Notes: generated by a model not told the origin, from the letters alone. DNA of 63,642 nt, filler included, from Choristocarpus tenellus KU-1152 (GCA_964200185.2; 11 parts of 11 records of this genome joined end to end with filler, not necessarily neighbours in it), one strand, 5' to 3'. Positions 48,086-62,965 are shown, counted from the whole stretch's first letter. Program-made: numbers and translations.

Positions 48086-51000
48086 GAAATATCTGCCTTG
48101 AGGGCAGGTGAGACTGAACGAGCAGATGGGGCTGAGGCAAGGTTTGTGGAAGAGCGGCGCCGGTTGAGGAAGCTGAAGGAAGAGGGACAGAAAAGACTTG
48201 AGGAGGAGAAGGTGGTACTACAGCTGAAGCTGAAATAAGGGCAGTGGTAACAGTGGAGACAGTGCATGAAGTGTAAAGGAAAATAACTGGGAAAGGGGCC
48301 AAAAGACAGAATATGTTCAGCAGATAGTTGTTTGGGGAAGGGAGAAGCGGAGACAAGAAGGAGTCAAAGTATCTTAGAGGGTAGAGCTGCGTCCATTTGG
48401 GGGTCAAAATCCAATGATGCGATTTCAATGTAATTTTAGCTACCGTGTTTGTTAGGAAGTGTCATTATCCTTGTTCCGGACACACCTTTTCATGTATATA
48501 TTTTACCTACTCCGAAATATTTTGGAGTAGGAAAATATCATAAGACCCTCAAGGGAAGCCAAGCCCCAAATGGACAAACAGGGCAAAACTCGTATCCTCT
48601 AAGATACTTTCACTCAAGAGGGCATGATAGAGGGAGGGAGAGAGGACTTGGGAACTATTTCACAATAGCTGTCATACTTTGAGGATCATGAACTTCGCCA
48701 TCTGGACAGGGAATGGTGATGCAGGGGGGGACAGGGTAGATCGTTATTGCGTCCTGGAAGTAAAAGGAGCTGCTTATATCGGTTTGGGTGGCAGGGTTAC
48801 GAATCATATAGGACTTCTACACTCTGACAGTACCAGTGGTAGAACGTTTGAAATAGTTGGTGCCCGTAGATATAGCTAACATGATGGGGATTACAATGGG
48901 TAGTATGTAGATGCAGATCTTTGTACATATACTCCAACAAACATCAAAGATTGTATGTAGATCTGCTTGGATATTGGACAACTTATCATGGATTAGTAGG
49001 TATTACCCTCCACATAGTGCACCAAATCCTCTCAACAGCAATTAAAGATGACTTTCCACCAATGCCATAACTCTTCTGCAAGACTCCAGCATCCCCACAC
49101 TATGCTGGTAGCATGTCACAGAGTACTACTCCAGCAATGTGTGCCCACCTCTTGGTATTTGGCTAGCTCGCACTGTATTATCAATGATAGTCCCATTATT
49201 GATGAGCAGTTGACACAAAATTGAGGGGGGGCAGTTGATGATAGTGTTGATGCAGCTGTGGTTTGGTCAATTCATCCGTATTAGGCAAGTAGCTCTGCCC
49301 TTCACCTGAGATACTTGAAATAATCTGTGTTGTTATGCCACTTGGTATCACAGCTGCACCAGAGAATATGAAATGCTACTGATCTAACAATACAATCTGA
49401 AAAAAACTTGCAGAATAAATGCAAGCAGGCAATGGTAAGCTATGCTTTAAAGGAAGAGGAGCTTCTATCCAGGATCAAAGCCTTATCGGAAGAGGCTCGT
49501 AACCTGCAAGCCCAAGTGGTAAGAGACATGCGTACCTGTCCACTAAACTTGGTTGTTGGCAGTAGACCGCTCACTCTTGTTTGTTACATTGTGGAATTTG
49601 AGAATCGGTATACACTTAAGCTCCTGCAACACAGTGAAATTATCTTAGAGGGTACGAGTTTGGCCCTGTTTGTCCATTTGCGGCCTGGCTTCCCTCAGGG
49701 GTTTTATGACACTTCCCTACTCCAAAATATTTCGGAGTAGGTAATATGTATATGTTATGAAAAGGTGTGTCCGGAACATGGATATTGACACTTTCTAACA
49801 AACACAATAGCCAAAATGACATCAAAATCGCAACATTGGATTTTGTCCCCCACATGGACGTGACTCTACCCTCTATGATACTTTAGCTCAACAGCATAGT
49901 CTGCATGATGACACTAGCACACACAAGGACGTATTATCAACCTGTACTGTACGTAGGGGTGGTCGCACCTTGTTTTCAAGTCAATTTGTGACGTACAATA
50001 TTGTTAGCAAAGTGGAGTTATTAAATCAACCGTCGGACCACCACATTTGTGGGGGCGTAGGTCTCAATGTGGGAGTGGGGGGGTAGGGTCTGTAGAGAGT
50101 CATAATTATTCAAAGCTCTTCTTCTGGCGACAGGTACCTTTACATTAACTGGAGCCTTCTTCAGGTCGCTCCACTTGCTGGTATGGATGACAGTGGATAG
50201 GTGTAAAACATAGAGAGCACATCCTTTAGTAGTAGAATGTCGCTGATTGAGGTTGCATAGTATCGATCTATTGCAGAGTACTTGATGAAGCCACGGCAGT
50301 CCTTGCTATATGAGTGAAACCATCCAAGAGGGAGTGTCGATTTCGACCCTTATGATTTTTAAGGTGCTTTTGAGCCTTCTGCAAAATGCAGCATGCCCAT
50401 GCCTAAGATTTGTGTGGCTCCCATTACGAGGATGTAACTGTAGAAGGAAGATCAGCTGTAAACACACTGTTAGCTGAAAGAATCACATGGCATCGTAGGG
50501 ACCCTTAAAACTCAACGAAACCTCCTTACATGGTTTCACTCTATATCCTAGTGCATACGGCACACATATTTGCAGTAAGAAATACAAGTGTGAGAAATGA
50601 CACAGCAAGGAGACTTGTCCCCCTGCTCAGTAGTTGGCCCAACTAGACAATGAGCATCATGAACATAATCAATCCTTGCCGATATTGACACAAGCATAAT
50701 ACTATCAGCAAGATTATATTATTTCCGGGCGATATGGTAACCTTGTCATTGTCCAAGTATTTGGTGGAAAGACACGAGAGTTGCAACCGTCACCACTCTT
50801 GCCAACTTCAGAGCAGTATATATAGCTGATAAACGCCTTTTTCAAAGACACCGCCCACCAACCTTTCACCACCCACCATCCCCACGCCCTCAAAACGCTT
50901 AGTGCCTCTATGTCTTTATAATCCAATAGTTGAAGATTTCCTCGTGCCCTACATAATTTTCTAGGGCAACAACAAGTCTCCATTTGGAAAGTACGTGGAG

Positions 51001-52058
51001 GTGAAGACCGAAAACACTAACCTAAAGGAGGAGGTGAGGACCAAGCAGTCAAATCAAACCCCAACGAACCGTATCTTTTATTGGTTACACCTCCTACACT
51101 TTTCATACACTCTTGTAGTTATTTCAAGCCAACAAGCATTTGATGTTGAGAACTCGGTCTGGATGTGATCACAACCATTGTATGGTGTGCGAAAAAGCAA
51201 AAGGCATTCCATACATTAACTTCAAAGTGTATGTAAGGCAATAGACCCTATCTCTATTAATAAGCCGCCCTCACCACACCTTATGCCTTGGCAAAATACC
51301 TCGCCCAGCCTTCACGGAGGCCCTAATGCAGAGCAGAAGAGGGACTACGAGGGCAGGAAGAACTTCGTAGTCTGTACAACACACTCTCGGAGTACTTGTT
51401 GAATAGGGAGTATGTTCCAATATATATTATACATGCTTTTCAATTACCACTACTCTAAATTCAGCACTAGCCTATTAATAGAGTAAGAATGTTCAACCTA
51501 TTGTACAGTTATCGTGAGACATATTTCAATATCCCATGCTGTTATCGCCCCCTTTCACCATCCACACCCTTGAAGCTGGATGAACTGAAGGCCATGTTGG
51601 CTGTGTCAAGGGCATCACCACATACCAGCAAGAAGAGCATTGCTGGAAGCAATTCCAAACAGTATCAAGCCAGTGTCATGAGACTGCGCCATTCCATCAG
51701 TGCAATAAGATCGGGGTCTGGCCCAGTGGGGGTGACAATGTCAGGTCCACAGAACTCTTGGGGAGGCGTACCTGTGTCCTCAGAACGCTCAAGAATCCCC
51801 CCTCGAGAGACTGTGAGCGTTGTGCCTGGGAAACCATTCTTGGGGAGAAAAGAGTCTTATAAGGGACGGACAGAGCTTGCACCAAGCCATGAACAAACAC
51901 AAACAACAGGGAGAGGTGACCAGAGGAGTGCCAGAGGGAACCTGTCCAGTGAAAGAAGGGAGGGAGGGGGGAGAGAGGCCTGGTTAGGGCAAGAGAACGA
52001 TGGGTGTAGAGATATGGGGAGAGGGGATGCATATGCCCCACAGGCGCAGGTCTTCTGA
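48086..52058 (+). CDS. 3' exons of a coiled-coil protein
   Basis: Exons at ~48086-48211 (EERRRLRKLKEEGQKRLEEEK), ~49414-49518 (LKEEELLSRIKALSEEARNLQAQV) and possibly ~51330-51400. The terminal exon is ~51576-52058. Confidence 0.55.
48361..48615. mobile_element. MITE family A
   Basis: Full TIRs, TSD AAG. Confidence 0.9.
49632..49889. mobile_element. MITE family A
   Basis: Full TIRs, TSD AACA. Confidence 0.9.
50312..50541. mobile_element. MITE family D
   Basis: GAGTGAAACCAT...ATGGTTTCACTC, TSD TAT. Confidence 0.75.
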
Positions 52059-54995
52059 CCTGCCCTATCCACGCAGGACTACTGCAGTACACACATGATC
52101 CGGCAGTACTCAAGGAGTATCCAAACGAGAAGCATTAATTTATAAGCGCATTCAGAACGTGCTGGAGTTGATTTACTTCACAGTGTTAGTGACAGTGTCA
52201 AAAGAGATTGTCATGCCGTGGTTTGCTTTGAAAGAACACTTTATTGAGGTGGTGGAAGTGAACTCCACACAACTAATGCCTCACACTTGTGTGTTGCAAA
52301 TGTGTGTGTGTGTGTGCATGTGTGTTTTATTTTTGTGAGTGTAAGATACATCACTGCCATAGTAACAGTCCCGAAATCCTTGAAAAAATAAAATTCTCTG
52401 TACCAGTTGTAGTCTACGACCCTTTGGCAGAATCCAGGGCACTCCTTTGTTGCTACACAAACGCAGATCTCACGAAGGGTCCAAGGTACTACTCCTTGAC
52501 TTTACCAGATTTTCTTGCAGTGTCCAAGTCACAACAACTCCTCCATGCCTACTGGCAAGTAGAGACTATGATACTTACTGTTTATAGGTTCCCCAAACCA
52601 TGCCAGGCTCTCTGGAACACCACTGGCGCATCAGATGCTGAAGTCTCTCACCAGGAACGACACAGTTCAGTGCATCCACGTAGTTTTATTCCATGGAGAT
52701 CGTGTGGTATCAACTTTATTGCATGGTAATGATATGATGCGGAACAAGGGTATAGATTCGGCCCTACAGTTGATAGTCTAAACATGTCAAGTGTGAATTA
52801 GTGAATACCTTATTGGGAGGTCTTACTTTAAGAAGATGAATATGTGTGAGAGGTTAAAATGTTCAGATTCCTCGTGAAAAATGGGCCAGTGAGGATTTTT
52901 CGATTATTGCTGCCTGCCAATCACTTCTTCATTCATTGCCGCGTCAAACAAAATGGCTGTGTCTACAGCTATATACAGTCCCTCCCCAGTCCCTGCCAAC
53001 AGAGAGACTGTCCAGCGAACAGAACGTTCTACAAACGTTCTTTCTCTATATAAGCAGACTATGGTAACCAGAGTTATTCCAATGAGTAGTGTCGTTATGG
53101 TGCGATCGAAATTGAATTTGACCCCTATTATACAAAAAAACGCGATAAAATGGATAACTTCCAACTTTACGAATGTGGCACTTTTGATAAATACTTACAT
53201 CTGCAAAATGTCAGAGGGCATAATAATATAAAATAAATACTTACTGTTTGCCTCTATTAGGTATGGATAACGTTTGTTCTGAGTAGTGAAAATACAAGAT
53301 ATTGGCAATATATTGGCAACAACGGACCAGGCACCTCTTTGGAGTTGACCTGCCACCTATCATCCCGTCATCCGTACTATGTTGTCACGTTAATATCCTC
53401 CTCCGATATGCTTTGAAGCACACGTTGCAGTGGTGTGTGTGTATCAGTGCGGAGTTGACTCACAGTGGCCAAGAATACGGGCAGAGATACATGTAACATT
53501 GTTATTACCGACCGTTAACGGATTGTTGTAGTACTCCCCAAAGTATAGTTGGTATTTATTATTACCCCTCTGGCATTTTGCAGATGTGTCAGGGGGAAAA
53601 CTAATGAAAAATATTCAAATGTCCAAACAAACAAAAAAAAGTAGCAGTTTTCGTGAAGGTGAAAGACAATTTGCTATTTGCTATTTGCTATTTACTATTT
53701 ATATTATCAACTATGTATGGTCTTCAAATAGTAAATAGATTTTGGAGAGACATCTATCACTTTTCCGATAACTGTTACTTTTACACAGGTTCTTGTGATG
53801 ATACTGTTTTGACTTTTTCCCAAAAACATCTGCAAAATGTTAATAAGAGGCATAATAATATATACAAAAAGAAGATACGAAAAAAAAGAGTAAAATATAC
53901 CTGGATCAAAGAATTCGATTGTTGCTTTGAGTGTGGGTTTCATATACATAAAAGGCTTATGACGATTCATTTGAAGGGGCTTCGCAAATCCACAATTCCA
54001 AAAGTTTTTGAAAGCCCAAAAGGAAAAAGTTCAACACAAATAATAAGTAAATCCAAGTAGTTCCTCACCACGTCAACCTCTAATATTATACCATAAATAG
54101 GCAACTTTGGAGGTGGAAGGGAGGAAGTAATTCCAAGAAAAAAGACCCTCCCAATATTAATGTAGACACGGATATTATCCTAGAGCGACAGTAGTGGGGC
54201 CTCACAATACTCACTATTCAATTGAGTTTACAGTCTAATAAAAAAAATGTAATGGCGGACATACTTGCTTATAGAAGACCTTTATATTGACATCAAGTAC
54301 TCAGAACCAAAGATGTCAGCTGAAAGGTCGACTGACGAGATTTTTCACGGGTCAGACCAGACAAGTGTGTGTTTTGCTCGGTCTAGACCGCCATAAACGC
54401 CTTCCAATATATGTGGAAAACCCTATATGCATATGGTGCATCCACATATATATGATGCCGTCCACTCCACCAGCGAATACCAAAACCAGACAACAAGCCG
54501 ACGAACGAACCGCAAACTTTTAACCTGTAATCCTCACGTCAGGAGTGCTTATCCTTTTCTATCAACATCATAATGTGGTACCAATAGCTTTGCCCTCTGT
54601 GGCAATATAGCTTTTTTTCACCGTATCGCCGCAACAGATATACAACAATATCAAATGAGAGGGTATGACAAGAGCTTTTGAAGGTTTGTATGTAGGAATG
54701 TAAAACTTCGGTGAACGGGAACTATGTCCCGATAAAATAATGAAAAAAAACGCGGGGGAATATCTCGGCCACAATTTTGAAGGTCTTGACTTCAAAGCGG
54801 ACAAAAATGAAGTGGTTGACTGAACTCCGTGCAGAAAACTGGTCCGGGGTAGGTCGTTGCCCAAGTTTGGGGGGTGTGGCCCTAACGGGAAAAAAGCAGA
54901 AAAAAAAACAAGATTTCTAGACATGTTTTTTTCCAGACATCTTAAGCCATTTGCAGACTTCCTGTGAGTACACACACACGTGATTTACACAACAA

Positions 54996-56161
54996 CATGA
55001 ACCACGACGGTGAGGAAGGAGAATTGCCGAGGCCACTCTGCCCCCTGGATCTACTCTTGGCACCTTCTCTATCGAGAGGGGCCGGAAAAACAAGTACCGC
55101 GTGACACTCAGTGCAATGTTAGGTGACGAGAAAGTACGAGTAGTGTGGCGCCGCAGCATGATCAAATCGCTAATCGATCACGCGATCGCGACACTGACAC
55201 TGAGAGAAGATACATAGAAAGCATTACCACACAAACGTGGTTGGGTCTTCAACTACAACGGAGAACTGCTCTGCAGTCTCTGCCACCTCGGGAAAGCAGG
55301 AAGAGAGGAGCGAGTCCATCACCAGGTGGTACAGTGACAAAGTCTGTGGGGAAGCCTGTTCGCAGCAGGTGAAGGGAGAACCAGAGTGTTCGCCCGAAAG
55401 GAAGGTTGGGGAAGAGAGCAGTGCGACTGTGTGCCATTGCACTCAGGAAACGCCTAAGCGAAAACGCGAGTGTCGAATATCTTAGTAGTCGACAGTTACA
55501 GCAGGTCCTGGCTGTTTGGAAGCTGTGCGAGCCTGAGTGGCTTAAGGAAATAAGAGAGATGGTGTTAGGGTTGGGGTACAAGGGCTCTGAAGTCCGAAAG
55601 AAGGTTGAAAGGACTCGCAAGGTGGAGGAGAAAACGATCGTAACAAAGGCAGCTGTGGAGACTTTTCGATACCACCAAATCCTTTACTTTGAAGAGATCG
55701 AAAAGCAGGTGGAGGTAGCCATCAACAAGGACGCCAGCGAAGAAGAGGAGGTGAGATTGAGACTATTTGCACACCAATGGTTTGGTGTCTCCCACTTCTT
55801 GCAAGGTGCCGTACATTCACTTTTGTTCCTGGACTTGGATTTTGATGTATAATGTTGATTAAGCCTTTCTCCTAGCCTGTATTCATTTGAGAAACCAACA
55901 CAATTTTCGATCAACTCAAGCCTATCCTCCCTCGCCCTTGCGCATTGATGATAAAATATGACCCGTCCAGGAAACACGGACAACGCCCATTTCCGGAGCT
56001 CAACAAGGAAATGTGATTGTAAAGGTTCTACTACTGCGAATCCTGTACGTTTGTATGAGCGACGGAAAAAAAATGTCAAACGGCGCTCGAGATGGCAGCA
56101 GGATATGCGATGGTCAGGTCGGAAACTGTGAGCAAATGGGAGAGAGACTTCCTAACTCAGG
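54996..56161 (+). pseudogene. Degenerate ORF, possibly the 5' part of a DNA transposase gene
   Basis: A long coding-like stretch with in-frame stops. The last segment ALEMAAGYAMVRSETVSKWERDFL resembles a transposase HTH. Cut by the contig end. Confidence 0.3.
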
Positions 56162-56328
56162 NNNNNNNNNNNNNNNNNNNNNNNNNNNNNNNNNNNNNNN
56201 NNNNNTTAATTAATTAANNNNNNNNNNNNNNNNNNNNNNNNNNNNNNNNNNNNNNNNNNNNGAGAGTACTTTTCCAGTACTTTTGAGGGGAAACTCTGAG
56301 TACATTGCCTGTACTTTGAGCACCACCT

Positions 56329-59300
56329 ATGCCAAATCATTCTGATTGGCATACAGTTCGATCAAGGAGAAGACAAAGTACGTTCCACACAACTTCAAAC
56401 CGATTTCAGGTTTTAATGGCGGAGGAGTTCAAGGAAAACGAGCCTGATGAGCACTTACTTCCAGTTTTCCAGGATCAGGGTCCTTTATCCTTCGAGGAAG
56501 TTTCCTTGACGATGGGAGGAAACTTTTACTACACAAGACGTTAGGAATTTATGTGAATCCGGATTTTAGAATGGTAGATCAACGGGTTGTACATCAACTT
56601 ATGTCCACAGACAACAACCCCTTGATCCCATCTACTTTACCACCGACCCCGCCTGTCTCTCAGTCTACCCATGTCCCAACCTCAAGGTCTATCTCAACCC
56701 CATATGCGTCAAGCTCTTCCCATTCAAGGACGTCGTCTACGGGAGATTTGTGCATAAATTTGATCAACGACGAATTGAAGACTGCTCTGGAAGAGAGACG
56801 TCCTCCTAATATGGACCTAATCCGGAATTGGACGGAGACAAGAGACATGACTGATGTGCAATCAACCTTTGTTCTGCAGATGGCAGTGCTTTGACCATCA
56901 TGGGTTTTATCAGGTTCTCTCTTCAATTAGGTGATATTACAATCCCAGTTGAAGCTTTGGTTTTACCCACTTTAGGACCCGATGATGTTCTACTTGACAA
57001 CAGTATTCTTGATGCTTTTGGAGGGATGTATGACTGGAAAACTCAAAGATTATCATTCCAAAAGAGTACAACTGTCATACCTGCCATTCATCGTACTACC
57101 CCCTCTGTGGATATTTCATCCCCTTTTCAAATAGCAGCTATACAAGAAAAAGTTCCTTCTACACCATTTCGTTTGAAAGAGAAAATATCCATTCCACCAG
57201 AATCTGAAATGCTTGTATCTGGGATAAGTGAGGAAACCCCCCTGGTAACCTGTGATGCTGTTGTAGAACCACGTGTGTGTTCATTTCATGATATTGATTC
57301 ATTAAATATTAATGATCCTTGGCAATTGCTGTTGCTCGCACAGTTATAATGTGGGATTCTGATGATGGGTCAGGGGTAGTACAAATTGCTAACATGTCCT
57401 CACAAACAGTTCATTTATCCAAGAATACTTTACTTGGTCACATCTACCCTGCAAACATAATCAACATCAAACAATCTCACACTATTTCTGCAACATCTAT
57501 ATCTGGACCTGATCGAGAGCGTCTTGATAATGCGTTGGAACCTGCTTTTATCAACACTACTTTCTCTTCATCTCAAAAACAAGAAACTCTGAATTTTTGT
57601 GCCAAATTCCGTTCAGTATTCTCCCTCAATACTTCTGAATTGGGAACTTGCACCACTGCAGAAGCCGATTTTCCTCTCGAACCAGGTACCAGACCAATTA
57701 GTCGAGCACCATACCGTACCAATCCACAAGTGAGAGGTATTATTGATAAATGTGTTGACGATTTACAAAACCAAGGATTATTTGAACCTCGTTCTAGCCC
57801 TTGGGGTTCCCCTGTTACTATTGTTGCTAAAGCAGATGGGACCCCAAGATTCTGCATTGATTATCGGAGGACTATAAATAAACACCTAATTAAACGTTCT
57901 TGGCCCATGCCTTTAGCTGATGAACATCTTGATTCCATTGGTGCAGCAAAATTTCTTTCTGTTGCAAATGTTCAATCAGCATATCATCATATTCCTGTGG
58001 CGGAAGCAGACATTGACAAGACTGCTTTTGTCACCCATAAAGGCAAGTTTGTATGGAAACGACTTCCTTTTGGTTTGAGCAATACTCCATTTATTTTTCA
58101 ACGTATGATGGCTCGAGCACTATCTGATTTTGGCATGGGGTCAGGTCTGTTATGTTACATGGATAATCTCATTCTTTGTTCGTCCACTTGGCAACATCAT
58201 ATAACTTTGCTTGAAAAGCTTTTTATTGCCCTTCAGAATGCTGGCCTCACTTTAAAACCTTCTAAATTGAAGTTTGGTCCAGCAGAGGTTGAATACCTTG
58301 GTCATATTGTTTCTAGTGCAGGAGTACGTCTTGGAAAAGCTCGAACTCAAGCTATTGTTAATCTGCCCACTCCCCGAACAATAAGGGACATTCGTTCTAT
58401 CCTTGGTATGTTTAATTTTTGTCGAAAGTTCATCCCTCATTGTACAGATCTGACAGAACCCCTTATAAAATTTACACGAAAAGAATTCATCTCTCGTCCT
58501 TCTGGTGAAATTGGAAAAGCAAGGACATGAATTCACGATAATGTACTAGAAAAAATAAAAATGGCATTAACATCGGCCCCCCTTTTACATTATCCAGACT
58601 TTTCAAAATCCTTTGTGGTACACGTGGATGCTTCCAACCTGGGTAGTGGTGGTTTTCTTGCTCAAAAAGCGTCAGATGATCCAACGAATTCCTCACTTCA
58701 TATTGTGGCTTACTTTAGCAAGAAATTTGATGGAGCACAACGAAACTACTCTGCTACATACAAATAATGTTTAGCAGTAGTGCATGCCATTAACCACTGT
58801 CGTCCATACCTTTGGGGTCGACATTTTGATTTGTTCACTGATCATGCGGCACTCCGTTATCTGTATTATATGCAAGACACAGATAATATGTTGACACGTT
58901 GGGCCCTTGCTCTTCAATGTTTTGACTTTACAGTCCATCATAAACATGGTAGAGACAATGTTGTACCTGACGCCCTTTCTCCTCTATTTGATATTGAGAT
59001 TGATCATATGCCAAAAGTACTTTCTCCTATTTGTAGGAATATTCCGGACAATGCTATTTCAAATGCTGAACCCCACGTCAAGCATACGAAGTATATCCAG
59101 ACCGCCTTCATGAATTAGATATAATTCAGAGTGACCGTGAACTTTTTAGTAGTTCAGTGAAGATCTTTCCAATTTTAGACCACACCAAAATTCGGGATGC
59201 ACAAATGAATCAATTTTCTCTTTACTTTGCGTATTTAGAAGCCCCTGATTCAGTGTCTGTACCTCCCCGGGAATCGAGGTATAGCATGTCATACTTTTAT

Positions 59301-60740
59301 GTTGGTGCTGACACTAACTTGCTTTATCGATCATATTTTCCAGGGCATATACGCAAACATCGTGCTTTTCGTGGCCCTTTGGTGTTGCATGCTTGCCATG
59401 ATCATCCCGCTTCGGGGGGTCATTTTGGTCTTTCTCATACTCTAGACAAGGTACGAGACCGATATTGGTGGCCTATGTTTCAAAAAGATGTTAGAGAGTG
59501 GTGTGAAAGATGACAACTTTGCCAAAGACGAAAAACCTCTCACAGACCTCCTACATTACCTCAAGGACAAATTCCTGACACTCAACCATTCGAACGGATT
59601 GCTGTTGATCTTGTACAGTATAAAACCATTTCCCGCGGTTGCGGTTATGTTCTTTCGGCTATTTGTCAATTGACACGCTTTGCTTTTCTCGTTCCCATTC
59701 CAGACAAACAAGAAGTGACCATTGCCAAAGTTTTGTTTGAAAGGATATTTTCAATATTTGGGGCACCCGAAATCCTTCATTCTGATCAAGGTTCGGAATT
59801 TGAAAATAAACTTGTTCTGGAATTGCGGACAGTGTTTGGGTACCATAAAACTCGAACCACACCCTACAGACCTCAGGGTAATTCTATCTTAGAGCGTGTT
59901 CATTCCACTTTGCATCAAATGTTATCCATGTACAGTAACATTGCAGAGAATAATTGGGCGACTGTTGTCCCATTTCTTCAATTGGCTCACAATACGGCAT
60001 ACAATACCACATTACAAGAAACACCTTTCTTCCTACTTTTTGGACGCCGGCCAATTCTACCGATAGAAGATGTCATTTTTGGTCTATCTAAAACAACAGT
60101 TGCACAATCTAGTCAAGAGTTTACTAAATCAACAGCTGAGAATTTACATTTAGCTTTTGAATTAGCCCGTCGCAATCTGGGAGAACGGAATGCTAAGAAA
60201 ATTGCTAACAATGAAACTCTTGTTTTCCCTGTGTTTCAAGTTGGAGCTCAAGTTTTGCTGCATCGGCCACATACTGACCATGACGGACCTAATCCCAAAC
60301 TGATTCATCCTTGGCGTGGACCTTTCATTGTCACCGCTAAGATTTCCCCTGTAGTTTACTGTGTTCGTAAACAAGGTGTCATCAAAGACATTTCTGTTCA
60401 TTTAGCCCACTTGAAACTTTACATTCCAAACACACAACCACCTGAACCTGATTTTATGAAACTCAGTGAGTTTTTTCTAGGCCGAACTTTACCCTTACCA
60501 GATCTGGATGATTTTGAATCCCCGGTATCCATTGGTCCTTACATCATTGAAGCAATTGTAGGACACAAGTTTGTCCGTGGACCTCGTTCACCTATGAACA
60601 TAGAATATAGATCACGTCTTAAAGGCTATGACCGTGCTTCTGATGTATTCTATCGTCCACGTGATTTGCCACAATGTGCAGATATGATTGCTGCATATAG
60701 GCAACAACATTGTCTGGATAAATCTCATTCCAACTTGCAA
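56329..60740 (+). mobile_element. Ty3/Gypsy LTR retrotransposon with C-terminal chromodomain, degenerate
   Basis: Protease region; RT (SPWGSPVTIVAKADGTPRFCIDYR, LPFGLSN, YMDN); RNase H (VDASNLG, FTDHAAL); integrase (HPASGGHFG, HSDQGSEF, PQGNSILER, WRGPF); chromodomain YIIEAIVGHK..EYRSRLKGY. Stops and frameshifts throughout. Confidence 0.95.
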
Positions 60741-61793
60741 NNNNNNNNNNNNNNNNNNNNNNNNNNNNNNNNNNNNNNNNNNNNTTAATTAATTAANNNN
60801 NNNNNNNNNNNNNNNNNNNNNNNNNNNNNNNNNNNNNNNNATGTAAGTGCAATTTTCCTGGTTTTGACCCAAATGGATACCCTGGTGTAGCCTCCCCCCC
60901 CCCACCCCAGATACTTTGGGTCAGACCAGGCCTTTTTGTGCAGTTACGACATTGGTATAAATTCTCTCTATTTGTATAGACGGGAAGGCGGTGGAAACAC
61001 TATTTGATCTGGCAACTCTTCGTCATTTGAAGGAGTCCAGGTCTTTTGGTGTAGATACGACATCGGTACATATTCTCACTCTGTATTTGTATAATAGACG
61101 GGAAGGCGGTGGAAACTGAAAGAGCGCATGTATTCCATGCATCGTAAATGACCAAAAAAGCAGTTTCACTCCAAGCATTTGGACAATAAACATCATACTA
61201 TCCTGTTGCGATATTGTGGCAGCCCCTACACGGTTGGTTGTTATTTTCCCCACTTCATATTTCTCTGTTGCAAGTCTCCAACTATGCATCAAATACACTT
61301 ATTTATCTCAGCTGTAACCAATCCTCCTTTAGCCTCTGCCACATATACACATATACATAAACACGCATATATATACAAATAGAGAGAGGTGGCTCGATTG
61401 CGGAGCATCGTGCTTCTACGGAATAACATGGTGGGGTGTCAGGGAATGAGTTTCTCAAAATGACTAGCTGCAAGTAGGTACACTAGGTGCTAGGTACACT
61501 TTGAATTACAGGTTTGCTACCATCACCAATACTCCACACCCATGCCCTCGAGGGTTCCCATCCACCAAAACGTCAATCATAGCCATACAATGTTGGCAAC
61601 CACTTTTTAGTATCATGTCATCAACCTCAGAACAGGGTCAACATTTACTCCAGGAGAGATGTTTGTTTGGAGGCACTCCAGACTTGTGTTTTTACCCTGC
61701 CCCAAAATATAGTGACAGAGTGAGAGAGAAACCACTGAGTGACTTGCAAAATTATACCACCTATCAGGACAATACATACACACACCTATTACT

Positions 61794-62051
61794 GAATCAA
61801 AGTATCTTAGAGGGTAGACCCGCGTCCATTTGGGGACCAAAATCCAGTGTTGCCATTCTGATGTAATTTTGGCTATCGTGTTTGTTAGGAAGTGTCAATA
61901 TCCTTGTTCCAGACCCACCTTTTCATAACGTGTACATTTCACCTATTCCGAAATATTTTGGAGTAGGAAAACGTCGTAAAAACCCCAAGGGAAGTCAAGC
62001 ACGAAATGGACAAACAGGGCAAAACTCGTACCCTCTAAGATACTTTCACTC
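61794..62051. mobile_element. MITE family A
   Basis: Full TIRs, TSD ACT. Confidence 0.9.
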
Positions 62052-62252
62052 ACTCAGCAGGCATAAACTCCTCCTGTGTCATACCTATATACACTCATAC
62101 ATTGGCAGGAGGAATGCCCTTTTTGGGTTGCCAAAACCTGTTGCATACCTCTGACCCTGAAGTCTCACAACTAGCATCCAGATCTATACAATATTTACAT
62201 GTTCACTGGGTACTACCTCATCCTTGACAGGTTGAAGAGTGAGTGAGACGAG

Positions 62253-62965
62253 CTAGGGTTTCATCACTTTTTTGTCGTTCTTCCACTGCCCATTATGGAC
62301 TGCCACACCGTCGGCATCCCATAATGTTCCCTGCACAGTGCCACAAGACAAGTATGAGGCAGTCAGAAGGACAAAGGAGTTACACATGAATTTGAGGTCA
62401 TTGCGTATTTTCGAGTGTTGGGCTGCGGCATTGACCCTTGGCCACTGCTTATGTGTCTCGCAAATGTCACTGCTTCCGATGCTCCATATGTTTATACAAT
62501 GTACCGCAAGGGAAATAGTATCTGCATGTAACACAAAATATAAACTACACATGGTACAGGCATCCAATTACTGAAAGAATGAGGGGGGGGGGAGGGGTTA
62601 TACCTTGCCATGCCTCTTGTTGTCTCGGAAGTCTCCAATGTACTCCTTCTTGTCCTCGTACACCATCTTCCCCTGTGGTATTGTTTCAACCAACATAGGA
62701 AGGAAAGAAGAGATGAGAAAGTCCCTGGCTCAAGTATTGAAACAGCATGTTACACTTGAGACCTTGATCCAGTGTGTCAGGAATGTGGAATTGCAAATGT
62801 AACAGAGAAAGCTTTGCACAACATAAAACAACAGCAAAATTGTTTTGGTTCAACAGATCATTGCCCTATCATTGCTTATGTCCCCCTTTGTACCTTGCCA
62901 TCCTTTTGGTCGTCCTTCCACATCCCATCATACATCCGGCCATTGGTGTACTTAATCGTACCCTG
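62253..62965 (-). CDS. 3' exons of a MORN-repeat protein
   Basis: Exons GTIKYTNGRMYDGMWKDDQKDGK, GKMVYEDKKEYIGDFRDNKRHGK and GTLWDADGVAVHNGQWKNDKKVMKP*, roughly one MORN repeat each. Confidence 0.88.

Noticed and set aside
15954-60840. Recurrent TTAATTAATTAA flanked by N runs as a biological repeat
   Set aside because: It is an artificial six-frame-stop contig linker, and ORFs ending in X..LIN are artefacts.
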